Virus record (IMG/VR): IMGVR_UViG_3300025314_000006
DNA: 64,000 nt
DNA from: a virus
Taxonomy: Duplodnaviria > Caudoviricetes
Strand: one strand, 5' to 3'
Shown here: piece after piece, positions 28,214 through 38,806 of the stretch
Position numbering within the stretch: the first letter of the stretch is position 1
Layout: each line of letters starts with the position of its first letter
Notes under the pieces: generated by a model
What the model saw: the letters and a program-made list of their open reading frames with translations, nothing else
What the model was told of the DNA's origin: nothing
Databases searched by the model: none
Translations under genes and position numbers: made by a program

Positions 28214-30490
28214 TTAAAACACTTTTCTAAATTCAGCACTTCCATCAAAAGATAACCATCCTTTTTCTTTTTTAAATTTAGTCACATAAACACTATTATT
28301 CTTAAGCTTTGACTCAAGTTTTTTATACATATTATCCCACATAATAACTTTTTTAACTGTAGCCCCATCGGATAAGTGTAATACATACATTTTTCTTCCT
28401 GTTTTAGTTAATTTTTGTTCTACATTATTTAAACAGAAATAATAATAATTAATAGGATTATCAAAATTTGTTACCGGCTCTAACGCTACTCCATATTCTT
28501 CAACAAAAGCATCTCTGAGTTCATGCAGTTTTTTGAGTAAACCGAGATCAAGATTACAAACTTCTAAAAATTCTTTTTGCTTTATATCATCTGGAGTTTT
28601 ATTAAATTTCTTATAAACAGTAACAGAATCCATTCCAAAATTTCCAAATATATCTAATTGCATAACGTTTTTTACTTTCGCAGTTCTCCATGCCATAATT
28701 TCCTCTCTGGATGGTGACCAATCATCAAATAGTCCAGCTTTTAAACACGCTTCAAAACTGCCTTTATTAAATTTTTTAAAAGGTACCGAGAAAAACTCAT
28801 CCCTCGTTAACGTTCCTATATTTTTGGCTTTTAATTCTTTAAATGCAATATCTCCCATTCCATTTATTCCAGAAAATCCCATTGCAATTTTTTTATTTTC
28901 AATTGATGTCCATTCCCAATTAGATTTTCTTACAGGAGGGGCAATTTCAATCCCTTTAGACATAGCAGAAAGAAGTGCAGCTTGTAACCATTGTTTTTCT
29001 TTTTCTTTATCGCTATTACTTTTAGGGTGATTTAAAAGTGCTGTATAGAATTCAGTCGGATAATAGTGTTTTAAAAAAAGGGTTTGCATAGCTATGTAGC
29101 TATATGAAGTTGCATGTGATTTATTGAACGAATATCCCAAATATTTAATTAACCAGTCTTCTATTTTAGTTACTTCTTCTTCAGATAAACCCTTTGTTTT
29201 TGCTCCGTCTATGAATTTTTTCCACAAATCAATATAATTTTTATAATTTTTATTTTTTAATTCATCTTCTGTTAATATGTCTCCACGTAATTTTTTTGCA
29301 ATTATTTTACTAGCTGAGTCCATATATTTTCTTAAGTTATCACCATCTCCTTCATCCATTCCACCAATTTCCTTAGCAATAAACATTAGTTGTTCTTGAT
29401 AAATTAGTACACCATTAGTTTCTTCTAATAATGGAGCTAAAAGTTCATGTACATATGTTTTTTTTTCTGGATTGAATTTATTTTGTATAAATTCAATATG
29501 AGCTCCCATTCCAAGACTTCCAGGTCTATATAATGAATTTGCTGCTGTTAATTCTTCAAATGTTTCAATCTGAATTCCTTTTATTAAAGCATTCATTCCC
29601 TCAGATTCAAATTGAAAAATCCCTTGATTATTACCCATTCTAAGTTCTATAAAAAGATTTGGGTCTTCAAGATTCACATAATCAACTTGCTCCTGTATGT
29701 CTATTCCTTTGTTTTCTTTTACAAGTTTTATTGCTGATTTTATAACATTAAGAGTAGTTAAATTTAATCTGTCTAATTTTAAAATACCAAGAGAAGATAA
29801 ATCCTTTCCACTTCCAGATTCTTGATAACCTGAAACTATTTGACCTTTACAAATATTAACTGGCATATAATCCCAAACTGGTCCGGGCGTAATAACAATA
29901 CCAGCAGCATGCTTTCCTAAATTCCTTATTTGTCCTTGAAGTTTTAGAGTAATACTTAATATTTCTGCATTATCTGGAGAAGTTAACCAGTTTTTAACTC
30001 TTTCTGAGCACTGTGGGTCATTTGGCCATGTTTCGAACCATTCTTGTAAAGAAATATCCCAAGTCGGTTTCGTTGGCATTTCTCTTGTTACAGCAAAAAC
30101 ATCTGACTCAAACCCAGATTCCCCTCCGAGAGCTTTAACCACATCTTTTATACATCCTTTTTCATTAAAAGTGCCAAAAGTAATTACCGGTATAACTCTT
30201 TCTTTTCCATATTTATCATACAAAAATTGTAATGTTTTTGCATCTGAACCTGTTTCAAAATCGATATCGATATCAGGAATCGATTTCCTTTTTGTGTTTA
30301 AAAATCTTTCAAAATATAAACCAAAACGAAGAGGGTCTATTTTTGTTATATCAAGACAGTATGATAATAAACAACCAGATGCAGAATTATGAACTCCTAA
30401 ACTTTCAACATTGTAAGAGTGAGAATTTTCTACTGTTAAATCGTGAACTCTACCTTTATATTTAATTATATTTTTTGATTTTAATTTCAT
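28214..30490 (-). CDS. dnaE: DNA polymerase III alpha subunit, C-terminal half, with an N-terminal split-intein fragment
   Basis: ITKIDPLRFGLYFERFLN, PDIDIDF, GKHAAGIVI, GIFQFES, GVLIYQEQLM, YSFNKSH motifs. Confidence 0.95.
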   Translation of the reverse strand: MKLKSKNIIKYKGRVHDLTVENSHSYNVESLGVHNSASGCLLSYCLDITKIDPLRFGLYFERFLNTKRKSIPDIDIDFETGSDAKTLQFLYDKYGKERVIPVITFGTFNEKGCIKDVVKALGGESGFESDVFAVTREMPTKPTWDISLQEWFETWPNDPQCSERVKNWLTSPDNAEILSITLKLQGQIRNLGKHAAGIVITPGPVWDYMPVNICKGQIVSGYQESGSGKDLSSLGILKLDRLNLTTLNVIKSAIKLVKENKGIDIQEQVDYVNLEDPNLFIELRMGNNQGIFQFESEGMNALIKGIQIETFEELTAANSLYRPGSLGMGAHIEFIQNKFNPEKKTYVHELLAPLLEETNGVLIYQEQLMFIAKEIGGMDEGDGDNLRKYMDSASKIIAKKLRGDILTEDELKNKNYKNYIDLWKKFIDGAKTKGLSEEEVTKIEDWLIKYLGYSFNKSHATSYSYIAMQTLFLKHYYPTEFYTALLNHPKSNSDKEKEKQWLQAALLSAMSKGIEIAPPVRKSNWEWTSIENKKIAMGFSGINGMGDIAFKELKAKNIGTLTRDEFFSVPFKKFNKGSFEACLKAGLFDDWSPSREEIMAWRTAKVKNVMQLDIFGNFGMDSVTVYKKFNKTPDDIKQKEFLEVCNLDLGLLKKLHELRDAFVEEYGVALEPVTNFDNPINYYYFCLNNVEQKLTKTGRKMYVLHLSDGATVKKVIMWDNMYKKLESKLKNNSVYVTKFKKEKGWLSFDGSAEFRKVF
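30386..30490 (-). mobile_element. Split intein C-fragment (35 aa)
   Basis: MKLKSKNIIKYKGRVHDLTVENSHSYNVESLGVHN followed by Ser (+1); blocks F and G are recognisable. Confidence 0.9.
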
Positions 30491-30494
30491 ATTA

Positions 30495-31556
30495 TTATAA
30501 TGTTTTTACATATTCAAGTGTCATTTTGTGTAGGAAAATCATAAAATCAAAATTAAATCCTCTATCCAAACATTCTTGTTTCTTAAAATCGTTATTAATT
30601 TTACATTTATTATATATCCAAGTGGATTTTACTTCAATTATTTTATTTATTGAGATAATGTATATATCTGGAAAATATCTTCTTACAATGTTATCTATGT
30701 CTGTATAAAATATTTTTCCTATTTTATTTTGTATGTTTTTATTGCCAATTATCAAATCTTCTTCTTTAAATTCTTTTAATAAAATATCTAAAGCCTTATT
30801 TTCATACCCTTGCAGTTTTATAATTTTTCCACTTGGCATTATATATTCTTTAAATTTAAAGCTATTTTTTTGTGATTTTGAAAAAATTTTTTCATTTTGC
30901 ATAACACTATAAACTCCATATTTTTCAAAAACAGCATCCAAAATATTTTGTCTATAATTTTCATCTTGCCATTTTTCCAACATTTTATTACTCTGATTTT
31001 CTTTATAACCATCTTTTTTCCAAACTTCTATCATTTTTTTGCTTTGATTTTCTTTGAATTCTGGTCTATTTTTACATATTTTTTGTGCAACAGAAGTATT
31101 TTTTAACCAATTAAGAGATGATGTTACTTTTTTATTTATGCATTTATTACAAATTGGTTCGAGTGAAAAATAATCTCTTTTTATAATATTTCTACATGCT
31201 AATTCACTTTTTTTATTACAAGCTTCACAACAAAAAGTTATTTTCATTTTGGAACTTTTAAACGCTTCTATTTTCCATTCTCCTAAAGCAATAAAATCAC
31301 TTAATTCTATTCTGTTATTTATAGACTTTATATCATAGGCATTTAATAAATTTTCTAAATCTCTATTTTTAAATGGAATTTTACTTTCTTTTAATAATTT
31401 TCTAAATAATTTTAAGTTAATATTAAATTCTTTGGAAAATTTTAATATTTCATTTTTTGTTAAAAATCCATTTTTATTAATAATGACATTTAATATTTCT
31501 TTTTGTTCTTTTGTTATTTCTTTTTTCATGACTTTATATTTACTGTAAATAGTCAA
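30495..31556 (-). CDS. Free-standing putative homing endonuclease between the dnaE halves
   Basis: CxxC...CxxC; KYGVYSVMQ; LQGYE...RRYFPDIYI...IIEVKSTW PD-(D/E)xK domain. The true start may be the second Met (31529). Confidence 0.75.
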   Translation of the reverse strand: MTIYSKYKVMKKEITKEQKEILNVIINKNGFLTKNEILKFSKEFNINLKLFRKLLKESKIPFKNRDLENLLNAYDIKSINNRIELSDFIALGEWKIEAFKSSKMKITFCCEACNKKSELACRNIIKRDYFSLEPICNKCINKKVTSSLNWLKNTSVAQKICKNRPEFKENQSKKMIEVWKKDGYKENQSNKMLEKWQDENYRQNILDAVFEKYGVYSVMQNEKIFSKSQKNSFKFKEYIMPSGKIIKLQGYENKALDILLKEFKEEDLIIGNKNIQNKIGKIFYTDIDNIVRRYFPDIYIISINKIIEVKSTWIYNKCKINNDFKKQECLDRGFNFDFMIFLHKMTLEYVKTL

Positions 31557-31573
31557 AAAAAATCCTTATTGGA

Positions 31574-33091
31574 CTAAGTCGGTAAATAATCTACTTCCAT
31601 AATTTCATCTTCATTAGTTAAATCATTTGCTTTAACCCAACTTCTATTACTTGTTAGAAACTCATGGTCTAATGTGCATCTTATTTTTATTTTGTTTTCA
31701 AATTCTAATTCAACAATATCTTCTTCTATGTCATAAGACAAAACATCTATTACTGTTTGCTTATTTCCATAAGCATCTATCACTTCTTCTCCTATATCTA
31801 TTATTTCTATAGAAGAATATAATCCATTAGACATTTTTACTCTACTTCCTGGCAAAAAACATCCTCTTCCAGGTCCTGTGGCTATATCATTTTCCTTACA
31901 AAACTTAATTAATTCCCAAACAACCATAAAATAATCAGACACTTTTTTATCGTCAATTACTTTTAGTTCGTAATCAAGCCTGTCCTTATATTTTTGAATA
32001 ACTTCATCATCAATTTTTACTAAACCATTTTTTTTATAAATGTTTAATTTTTGTTTTAATTTTGCATGTGCAAGTTTTGTTATTATTTCCTTAGTTCCTG
32101 TTTCTTTAAAATACTCAATAACATCCGGTGTTGGCTCGTATTTTGGAAATTTCTCTACATCCGTTTCAAACTCAAAATTACATTTATCAGCAACTTTTAA
32201 AGTGTTATCTAAACATTCTTCAATAAATTTATCCGGATAATTATATCCAAATTCTTTATTCATTTTATAAAAATCATCTCTATTAGAATAATACAGATGT
32301 CGTGCTTGAAGTTTAAATGCTGTAGGGTCATCTACAGACTTATGTTGATTAATGGAAATAATCACATCCTGTAAACGATTATTTTCAGGACTCGAATAGT
32401 GAACATCACCTGTAAGTATTGGTGTTAATGAATATTTTTTAATCATTCTTAAAATAAAATGATTATATTTTTTTTGTTGAGGGATTTCATTAAATTGTAA
32501 TTCTGCCACAAAATTGTTTCCAAATTCTCGCATTAAAAGTTTTATTCTTTCTTCTGCTTCTTGTTCCTTGCCTTCTTCTATTAACCTTGCCATTTTACTG
32601 GCCATACAACTGCTCGTAATCAAAAGTCCGGACTTATTCTCAATAAGCCATTCTGTTGTTATTCTGCCCCTACGATAATACCCTTCTGTGAAAGAACGAT
32701 AAGTTAATTTATTTAAATTAACAAACCCTTCTTTATTCATTATAATAATTGATTGATGAGTATCTTTCCCCTCATAGGATTTTTCTTCATGTTTATCCAT
32801 TTCATCATTCAGATAAGCTTCCATTCCAATTATCGGCTTAATTCCAGCAGCTTTACATTTATTATAAAATTCAAATGTACCAGATGCATGACCGTGGTCA
32901 ATTAAAGTTATAGCAGGATGATGGTAATCCTTCGCTAAACTTACGTAATCGTCTATCTTCGCGGAACCATCGAGTAAGCTATACGAACTATGTAAATGCA
33001 AGTGTACCATAGGTTTTCTATGTAAACATCCATCATTTTTACAACTACATCTTTCCATTATATTTTGTTTTTTACAAATATAATAAAACAA
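31574..33091 (-). CDS. dnaE: DNA polymerase III alpha subunit, N-terminal half (PHP domain), with a C-terminal split-intein fragment
   Basis: HLHLHSSYSLLDGS, LIDHG, GIKPIIGMEAY, GDVHY motifs; the extein ends at GPGRG. Confidence 0.95.
   Translation of the reverse strand: MFYYICKKQNIMERCSCKNDGCLHRKPMVHLHLHSSYSLLDGSAKIDDYVSLAKDYHHPAITLIDHGHASGTFEFYNKCKAAGIKPIIGMEAYLNDEMDKHEEKSYEGKDTHQSIIIMNKEGFVNLNKLTYRSFTEGYYRRGRITTEWLIENKSGLLITSSCMASKMARLIEEGKEQEAEERIKLLMREFGNNFVAELQFNEIPQQKKYNHFILRMIKKYSLTPILTGDVHYSSPENNRLQDVIISINQHKSVDDPTAFKLQARHLYYSNRDDFYKMNKEFGYNYPDKFIEECLDNTLKVADKCNFEFETDVEKFPKYEPTPDVIEYFKETGTKEIITKLAHAKLKQKLNIYKKNGLVKIDDEVIQKYKDRLDYELKVIDDKKVSDYFMVVWELIKFCKENDIATGPGRGCFLPGSRVKMSNGLYSSIEIIDIGEEVIDAYGNKQTVIDVLSYDIEEDIVELEFENKIKIRCTLDHEFLTSNRSWVKANDLTNEDEIMEVDYLPT
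31577..31861 (-). mobile_element. Split intein N-fragment (95 aa)
   Basis: CFLPGSRVKM (block A) and IRCTLDHEFLT (block B TxxH); ends WVKANDLTNEDEI. Confidence 0.9.
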
Positions 33092-33107
33092 TTCATATTT
33101 ATAGCAA

Positions 33108-33533
33108 ATGGACTCAAATAAAAAAATTAGGAAACATATTCAAAAAATATTATCAGAAGATTTTGGTCAAGGAAAAGACTCTTTTGTTGATACAATTAAA
33201 GATGTTAATATATATGATTTAATTGGAAGACCAAATGAAACAGTTGATAGTGCTGCTGGAACTATAAAATTTACCTTAGAATTAGAAATTAGAAGATGGG
33301 GATTAGAAGGGATAATAATCGATGTAAGTGATTTTGTTGTTAATCGTGTTGTAATTAATAACGAAACTGAAGAAACAAGGCATGAAACAGTTGCATACAT
33401 TAAAGATGGAATTCCAAAAGATAATTTTAAATTAATGATTCACAGAACTTCTGGGAAAAGACATATTGGAGCTTATGAAGTTGAAATAAGTGAAGCAAGA
33501 AAAGAAATAGAAATATCATTTTATAGCATTTAA
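33108..33533 (+). CDS. Hypothetical protein (possible head-internal protein)
   Basis: 141 aa; N-terminal KIRKHIQKILSE motif. Confidence 0.65.
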   Translation: MDSNKKIRKHIQKILSEDFGQGKDSFVDTIKDVNIYDLIGRPNETVDSAAGTIKFTLELEIRRWGLEGIIIDVSDFVVNRVVINNETEETRHETVAYIKDGIPKDNFKLMIHRTSGKRHIGAYEVEISEARKEIEISFYSI

Positions 33534-33611
33534 TTATTCGTGTTGACTTTTTGAAAAAAACCATTTAGATTTGTCAATGATTAGATAATTAAATGTCGAA
33601 CCTAAAAAATA

Positions 33612-34154
33612 ATGAATGAACAAGAAGTAGCAAAAAAAATAATCACAAAAAGCGGAAGACCCGGAAGAGAGATAAAAATAGACGGGACGAGATTTGGAAA
33701 TCCAAATGTTGTCTTTAAATTAGGAACTGCCGAAGATAAAAATAGACCACACACAGTATATATTAATGCTACATTTTGGGTTGATATTAAAGATAAAGAA
33801 GATGTCGAAGGATTTGACAGAATTATTTCAAGAAGATATTCAAAAGAATTAAAAGATATATATAAAGTTGATTTAAAACCAATGCTTGAAAATAATAGGA
33901 TTTTCCCACTTTATTATGACAATATTTTTATTGCTGAATTTCCTGATAATTTAAATTATAATTCTAAAAAAAGTTTCACATCCATTGAAATTAGTCTTCA
34001 TACCGCAAATTGCTTAAATAAAGAAATAGATTATTCTCTAAAAGATAGGGTGGATAACGAATTGTTTATGGAAATGATGGAAATATCGAAAATAATAGCT
34101 AATACAGATTTGTTGAAAAGCAAATTAGGGTTCAGTATACACAAAAACAAATAA
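33612..34154 (+). CDS. Hypothetical protein
   Basis: 180-aa ORF; TAGATTTG box at 33566..33573 upstream. Confidence 0.7.
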   Translation: MNEQEVAKKIITKSGRPGREIKIDGTRFGNPNVVFKLGTAEDKNRPHTVYINATFWVDIKDKEDVEGFDRIISRRYSKELKDIYKVDLKPMLENNRIFPLYYDNIFIAEFPDNLNYNSKKSFTSIEISLHTANCLNKEIDYSLKDRVDNELFMEMMEISKIIANTDLLKSKLGFSIHKNK

Positions 34155-34960
34155 TGGAAAATAAAAAAATAATAGGATGGTTTAGTTGTGGTATAACAAG
34201 TGCTGTAGCATGTAAGATGACTGTTGATAAATATGGTAAAGATAATGTTGTATTAATATATTTTGAAATTGACTCTGCTCACGAAGATAATGAAAGATTT
34301 ATTTTAGAATCTGAAAAATGGATTGGAGTTAAAATAGAACGTAGGCGCTCAAAAAAATATAAAGACCAATTTGATGTTATAGAAAAAACAAGATACGTTA
34401 ATGGTCCGGGTGGTGCCAGATGTACAAAAGAATTAAAAAAAGATGTTCGAGTAGCAGTAGAAAAAGAAATAAAATATGAACATCAGGTTTTTGGATTTGA
34501 ATTTGCAAAAAAAGAAATAAATAGAGCTATTCGTTTTTCGCAACAATATCCACATACAAGTCCAATTTTTCCTTTAATAGAATCTAAATTAACCAAAGAA
34601 CAATGTGCCGGTATATTATTAAATGCTGGAATAGCATTACCAACTATGTATACGCTGGGTTTTCATAATAATAATTGTAAAATGTGTGTTAAAGGAGGAA
34701 AAGGATATGCCAATTTGATTAGAACACATTTTCCAGAAGATTTCGATAGAATGGCAAAACTAGAGCGAAAAATTGGAAGAAGTTGTATAAAAAATAAATT
34801 TTTAGATGAATTACTTCCAGAAGAAGGAAGACATGAATCACCAATATTACCTGATTGCGGTACATTCTGTGAAATAGAATTTTCAGAAATAGAAGACCTA
34901 AATACAGAAAAAGTTTTAAACGGAGAAATTACTATAGACGATGTAACTGCTTCACAATAA
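34154..34960 (+). CDS. PAPS-reductase-like (adenine nucleotide alpha hydrolase, PP-loop) protein
   Basis: GWFSCGITSAVA PP-loop; CTKELKK; HNNNCKMCVKGG; DCGTFCE. Confidence 0.7.
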   Translation: MENKKIIGWFSCGITSAVACKMTVDKYGKDNVVLIYFEIDSAHEDNERFILESEKWIGVKIERRRSKKYKDQFDVIEKTRYVNGPGGARCTKELKKDVRVAVEKEIKYEHQVFGFEFAKKEINRAIRFSQQYPHTSPIFPLIESKLTKEQCAGILLNAGIALPTMYTLGFHNNNCKMCVKGGKGYANLIRTHFPEDFDRMAKLERKIGRSCIKNKFLDELLPEEGRHESPILPDCGTFCEIEFSEIEDLNTEKVLNGEITIDDVTASQ

Positions 34961-34988
34961 CTTAATAATACTAATATATTCAACAACT

Positions 34989-35020
34989 AAAGCACCACAA
35001 TCGTGGTGCTTTTATTTTTT
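34989..35020 (+). terminator. Rho-independent terminator
   Basis: AAAGCACCAC-AATC-GTGGTGCTTT followed by a T tract. Confidence 0.8.
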
Positions 35021-35047
35021 CTAAACTATTTAGAAGAAAAAATAATA

Positions 35048-35704
35048 ATGTCAAACGAAGGTAAATATATTATAAGTGAATTTTATGCTTTCAATCCGGA
35101 TGCTTCTTTAATAAGAGAAGCAGAAGATAAGCATATGCCTATTGTTTTAAAGGGCATACTTCAAAAAGGAAATACCACCAATAAAAACGGAAGAAAATAT
35201 CCATTAGAAATTCTTAAAAGAGAAGCTGATAAATATAATCAACTTGTAAAAGAAAGAAGAGCGCTTGGAGAATTAGATCATCCAGATTCAGCAGTTGTTT
35301 CATTATCTAATGTTTCTCACTTAGTTACAAAAATATGGTGGGAGGGAGAAACTTTATATGGAGAAGTAGAAATTATAGATACTCCTTCTGGAAATATTTT
35401 AAAAGGTTTATTAAGAAGCGGAGTTATGCTTGGTATCTCATCAAGAGGAGTTGGTTCTGTAAAAAGTCATCAAGGCGATGACGTTGTTCAAGAAGATTTT
35501 GAATTAATTGCTTTTGATTTTGTTTCATCGCCATCAACACCTGGAGCATATATGTTCAAAGAAGGTGTAGAAAAGATAGGATTGAAAAAAATTACTAATA
35601 ATAGTTTTAAAACATTAAGAGCTGAAGACGTAGAGTCTGCTTCAAATTTTATAAAAAATAAAAAATTATCTGACATTTTCGGACAAAAATTTTGGACAAA
35701 ATAA
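35048..35704 (+). CDS. gp21: Prohead core protease (T4 gp21-like)
   Basis: NKNGRKYP, ALGELDHP, LGISSRGVGSV, DFVSSPSTPGA. Start placed at the ATG at 35048, because the track start lies inside the terminator. Confidence 0.92.
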   Translation: MSNEGKYIISEFYAFNPDASLIREAEDKHMPIVLKGILQKGNTTNKNGRKYPLEILKREADKYNQLVKERRALGELDHPDSAVVSLSNVSHLVTKIWWEGETLYGEVEIIDTPSGNILKGLLRSGVMLGISSRGVGSVKSHQGDDVVQEDFELIAFDFVSSPSTPGAYMFKEGVEKIGLKKITNNSFKTLRAEDVESASNFIKNKKLSDIFGQKFWTK

Positions 35705-35777
35705 CAAATAAAGTGGAATTTGCTTTTTTATCAACTATTTATGTTGAAATAAGCGCTTTTTTAATTCAATAAAAAAA

Positions 35778-37172
35778 ATGAGCATAAAAAAAAGTTTAAT
35801 ACAGCAAGCAATACTCGAAGTTCGAGATATAGAAAAGTTTGCAACAGAAAAAGCAAGAAAAGCTCTTGAAGAAGAGATGGCGCCAAAAATTAAACAAATC
35901 ACGAATGAAGCTCTTAAAGAATTAGAAAATAGTTCTTTAAACGAAGGAATGAATTTAGAAATTCCAGCAGGTGCTGAACTTACTATAAAAATGCCAGAAG
36001 GTGAAACAAGTGAAATTGAGAACTCTTCTGAAACAGAAATAGAAAATGAAATATCTGATGATAATTCAGAAGAAACAATAAATAACGAAGAAAATATGAG
36101 CGATATCTTTGAAATCGAAGGTCTAAATGAGGAAGATGCAACTTTGCCAAATGCTGGTACACCTGCAGAAGCTCCGACTCCAACTCCTGATGCAACTGCA
36201 CCAGTTGATGAAACACCAACAGAAGAACCTGTGTCTTTAGAAAGTATTTCTCAAATGCTTAAAGATATGGATGCTAAAATTGATGCTATTTCATCAGAAG
36301 AATCTTCTGAACAAGGAGATAGTGAAGGAAATGTTTCTATTGTAGATGATGAATCTGAATCAGAAATTACTCCAGAAGAAACACCTGCTCCTGAAGCTCC
36401 AGCTCCAGAAATTCAAACACCTGTTCAAGAAGAAGAATATGAATTAGATGAAGAATTTGGTGAAATGGATGAAGTTGTTTATGAAGTAGAAGATGATTGT
36501 GAATTAGATGAAGAAATGGTAGAGTACGAATTAGAAGAAGAGGATATGTCTGATTTAAATGATGATTCTGTAATGGAAATGTTTAATGAATTAGAAATAG
36601 TTGATGAAGATGTTGAAGAAGATAATACATCAGTAGAAGAAATTCACGGTGTTGGTCATAACCTAAAGCATACAAATACACTTGGTAAACTTCCAAAACA
36701 AGGAGTTGAACAAAGAAATGAAATTAATGAAAGTATTAAAAAAATAAAAGCTCAATATGTGTCGAAATTCGACGGGCTAAGTCAGGAAAACGAAAGTTTA
36801 AAACAAACAATTAAAGAATATAAAGACTCTTTCATTGTTTTGAGAAAACAAATAAACGAAGTACAGATTTTCAACGCAAAATTGGCTTATGCCAACAAGC
36901 TATTCACTAACGGTGGTCTTACAAATGATGAGAAAATGAAAATCGCTGAGGAATTTGATAGTGTAGAAACTATCGAAGAGGCAAAAAAACTCTATAACAA
37001 TTTCCTTAACGAAATGAAAGTTTCAAAATCAGCAAAAACTCCATCTGTTGCAAAATTAAAATCTGTAAATCCGGCAGTAATAAAACCTTCAAACTCTAAA
37101 ACGCTTTTCGAAAGTGATGAGATGATAAGAATGAAAAGACTTGCTGGAATAGTTAAAAATAGTGAAGAATAA
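35778..37172 (+). CDS. Prohead scaffolding/core protein
   Basis: Very acidic central region and coiled-coil C-terminus (LNEV..FNAKLAYANKLF); located between protease and capsid genes. Confidence 0.8.
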   Translation: MSIKKSLIQQAILEVRDIEKFATEKARKALEEEMAPKIKQITNEALKELENSSLNEGMNLEIPAGAELTIKMPEGETSEIENSSETEIENEISDDNSEETINNEENMSDIFEIEGLNEEDATLPNAGTPAEAPTPTPDATAPVDETPTEEPVSLESISQMLKDMDAKIDAISSEESSEQGDSEGNVSIVDDESESEITPEETPAPEAPAPEIQTPVQEEEYELDEEFGEMDEVVYEVEDDCELDEEMVEYELEEEDMSDLNDDSVMEMFNELEIVDEDVEEDNTSVEEIHGVGHNLKHTNTLGKLPKQGVEQRNEINESIKKIKAQYVSKFDGLSQENESLKQTIKEYKDSFIVLRKQINEVQIFNAKLAYANKLFTNGGLTNDEKMKIAEEFDSVETIEEAKKLYNNFLNEMKVSKSAKTPSVAKLKSVNPAVIKPSNSKTLFESDEMIRMKRLAGIVKNSEE

Positions 37173-37198
37173 ACTTATAAATTAAAAAAACTAAAAAA

Positions 37199-38776
37199 AT
37201 GAGTGAATTATTAAATTCAGGACAAGTTGGTCTAACAACTCTTAGAAATTTGTCCGAACAAAGAAAAACAATCATCAAGAACTGGGAAAACTCAGGTTTA
37301 CTTGAAGGATTAAATGCTGGCAAGAAACAAAGTATTGCACAGTTACTTGAGAACCAAGCTTCTCACATGTTGAATGAGGTTACACTTGATTCATCTGCTG
37401 GTCGTTTTGACACAGTTGCTTTCCCAATGGTACGTAGAATTTTTTCTCGTCTATTAGCTAACGAAATCGTTTCTGTACAGCCTTTGGCTTTACCTTCTGG
37501 TTTGTTATTCTATATGGATGCAAGAGTTTCCACTACTAAAGTAGCACCTCAAAACACTGCTAACGGTCAAGCTGGATCAACATTTGGCAACGATTCTGCA
37601 TATGAAAGATTTTATGATAACAGAGGTTATGATGCATCTTTTGGAACTGCAACTACTGCTTACGGAACTGTTATGACTGTAGGTTCTGGTAGTACAACTA
37701 CAGGTTTAATTGAAACAGGTGTTACCCTTGGTACATCATTTGATGTAAATAAAGCACAATCATCTTCTTCTTTAATTATGTCTGCTGTAACAGCTGTTGT
37801 TTATAATGGTTCAACCGTTGTAGCTGCAGGTAGTAGTATTAGATATTATTCTTCCCTTCAAAGATGGGGTCAAAATCAATTTGAATTAAATGGTGCTGGA
37901 GCAACTCCTGCTGCTGGAATAGTTCTTGACGTTCGTCCTGCAGGTGTTTATGGTGCAAGTTTTAACACTGCATTATTGCAAGACTTTAGTTTTATTCCAA
38001 GTTTTGAAGTTTATAATGACCTTGAGGCTAAGTCAGAAATGACTGAACTTACAATTCGTTTTTCTTCTGTAACAGTTAATACTTCTACAAGAAAAATGAG
38101 AGCACACTGGACACCAGAGTTAGCTCAAGATTTAGAAGCTTACCACTCTATCGATGCTGAAGCTGAGTTAACAGCTCTTCTTTCAGAAGAAATTGCAGCG
38201 GAAATTGACCGTGAAATCATCAGAGACCTTGTACAAGGTGCTTTATTTGAAGCTCGTTGGGATTATGCAGGTTTGAAAAATAATGCAAATTTCTTCGGTA
38301 CTCAAAAAGACTGGAACCAAACTCTTATCACTAGAATTAATGAGCTTTCTGCTCAAATTCACAAAGCTACATTACGTGGTGGTGCTAATTGGATAATCTG
38401 CTCTGCAGAAGCTGGTGCAATTTTTGATGACTTGGAATATTTCCACGTAGATTCTTCTGCTTCTCCAGAAACAGAAAAATACAACTTAGGTGTTGAAAAA
38501 ATTGGTAGCCTTGGAAACAGATATGTAGTTTACAAAGACCCATACATGCCTGCACAAATCGTTCTTTTAGGACACAAAGGTAATACTTTCCTTGAAGCTG
38601 GTTACGTGTACGCACCGTATATTCCTCTTCAGTTGACTGCTACTATCTATGATCCGAACGACTTTACTCCAAGAAAAGGAATCATGACACGTTACGCGAA
38701 GAAAATGATTAACAACCGTTTCTATGGTGTTATCATCTTAGATAACTTGAATACTTACGCACAAGTTTACTCATAA
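37199..38776 (+). CDS. gp23: Major capsid protein (T4 gp23-like)
   Basis: FPMVRRIF...IVSVQP, TRKMRAHWTPELAQDLEAYH, EIAAEIDREII, YAPYIPL, GIMTRYA. Confidence 0.97.
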   Translation: MSELLNSGQVGLTTLRNLSEQRKTIIKNWENSGLLEGLNAGKKQSIAQLLENQASHMLNEVTLDSSAGRFDTVAFPMVRRIFSRLLANEIVSVQPLALPSGLLFYMDARVSTTKVAPQNTANGQAGSTFGNDSAYERFYDNRGYDASFGTATTAYGTVMTVGSGSTTTGLIETGVTLGTSFDVNKAQSSSSLIMSAVTAVVYNGSTVVAAGSSIRYYSSLQRWGQNQFELNGAGATPAAGIVLDVRPAGVYGASFNTALLQDFSFIPSFEVYNDLEAKSEMTELTIRFSSVTVNTSTRKMRAHWTPELAQDLEAYHSIDAEAELTALLSEEIAAEIDREIIRDLVQGALFEARWDYAGLKNNANFFGTQKDWNQTLITRINELSAQIHKATLRGGANWIICSAEAGAIFDDLEYFHVDSSASPETEKYNLGVEKIGSLGNRYVVYKDPYMPAQIVLLGHKGNTFLEAGYVYAPYIPLQLTATIYDPNDFTPRKGIMTRYAKKMINNRFYGVIILDNLNTYAQVYS

Positions 38777-38806
38777 AACTGAGTAATACCTGAATAAGGA
38801 TAGAAT

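Noticed and set aside
30495-31556. Group I/II intron explanation for the dnaE interruption
   Set aside because: Both halves carry complete intein fragments with their own stop and start codons, and the gaps around the endonuclease gene are too short for a ribozyme.
35983-36560. Low-complexity E/P/A-rich repeats in the scaffold gene
   Set aside because: Ordinary acidic linker composition for a prohead core protein.
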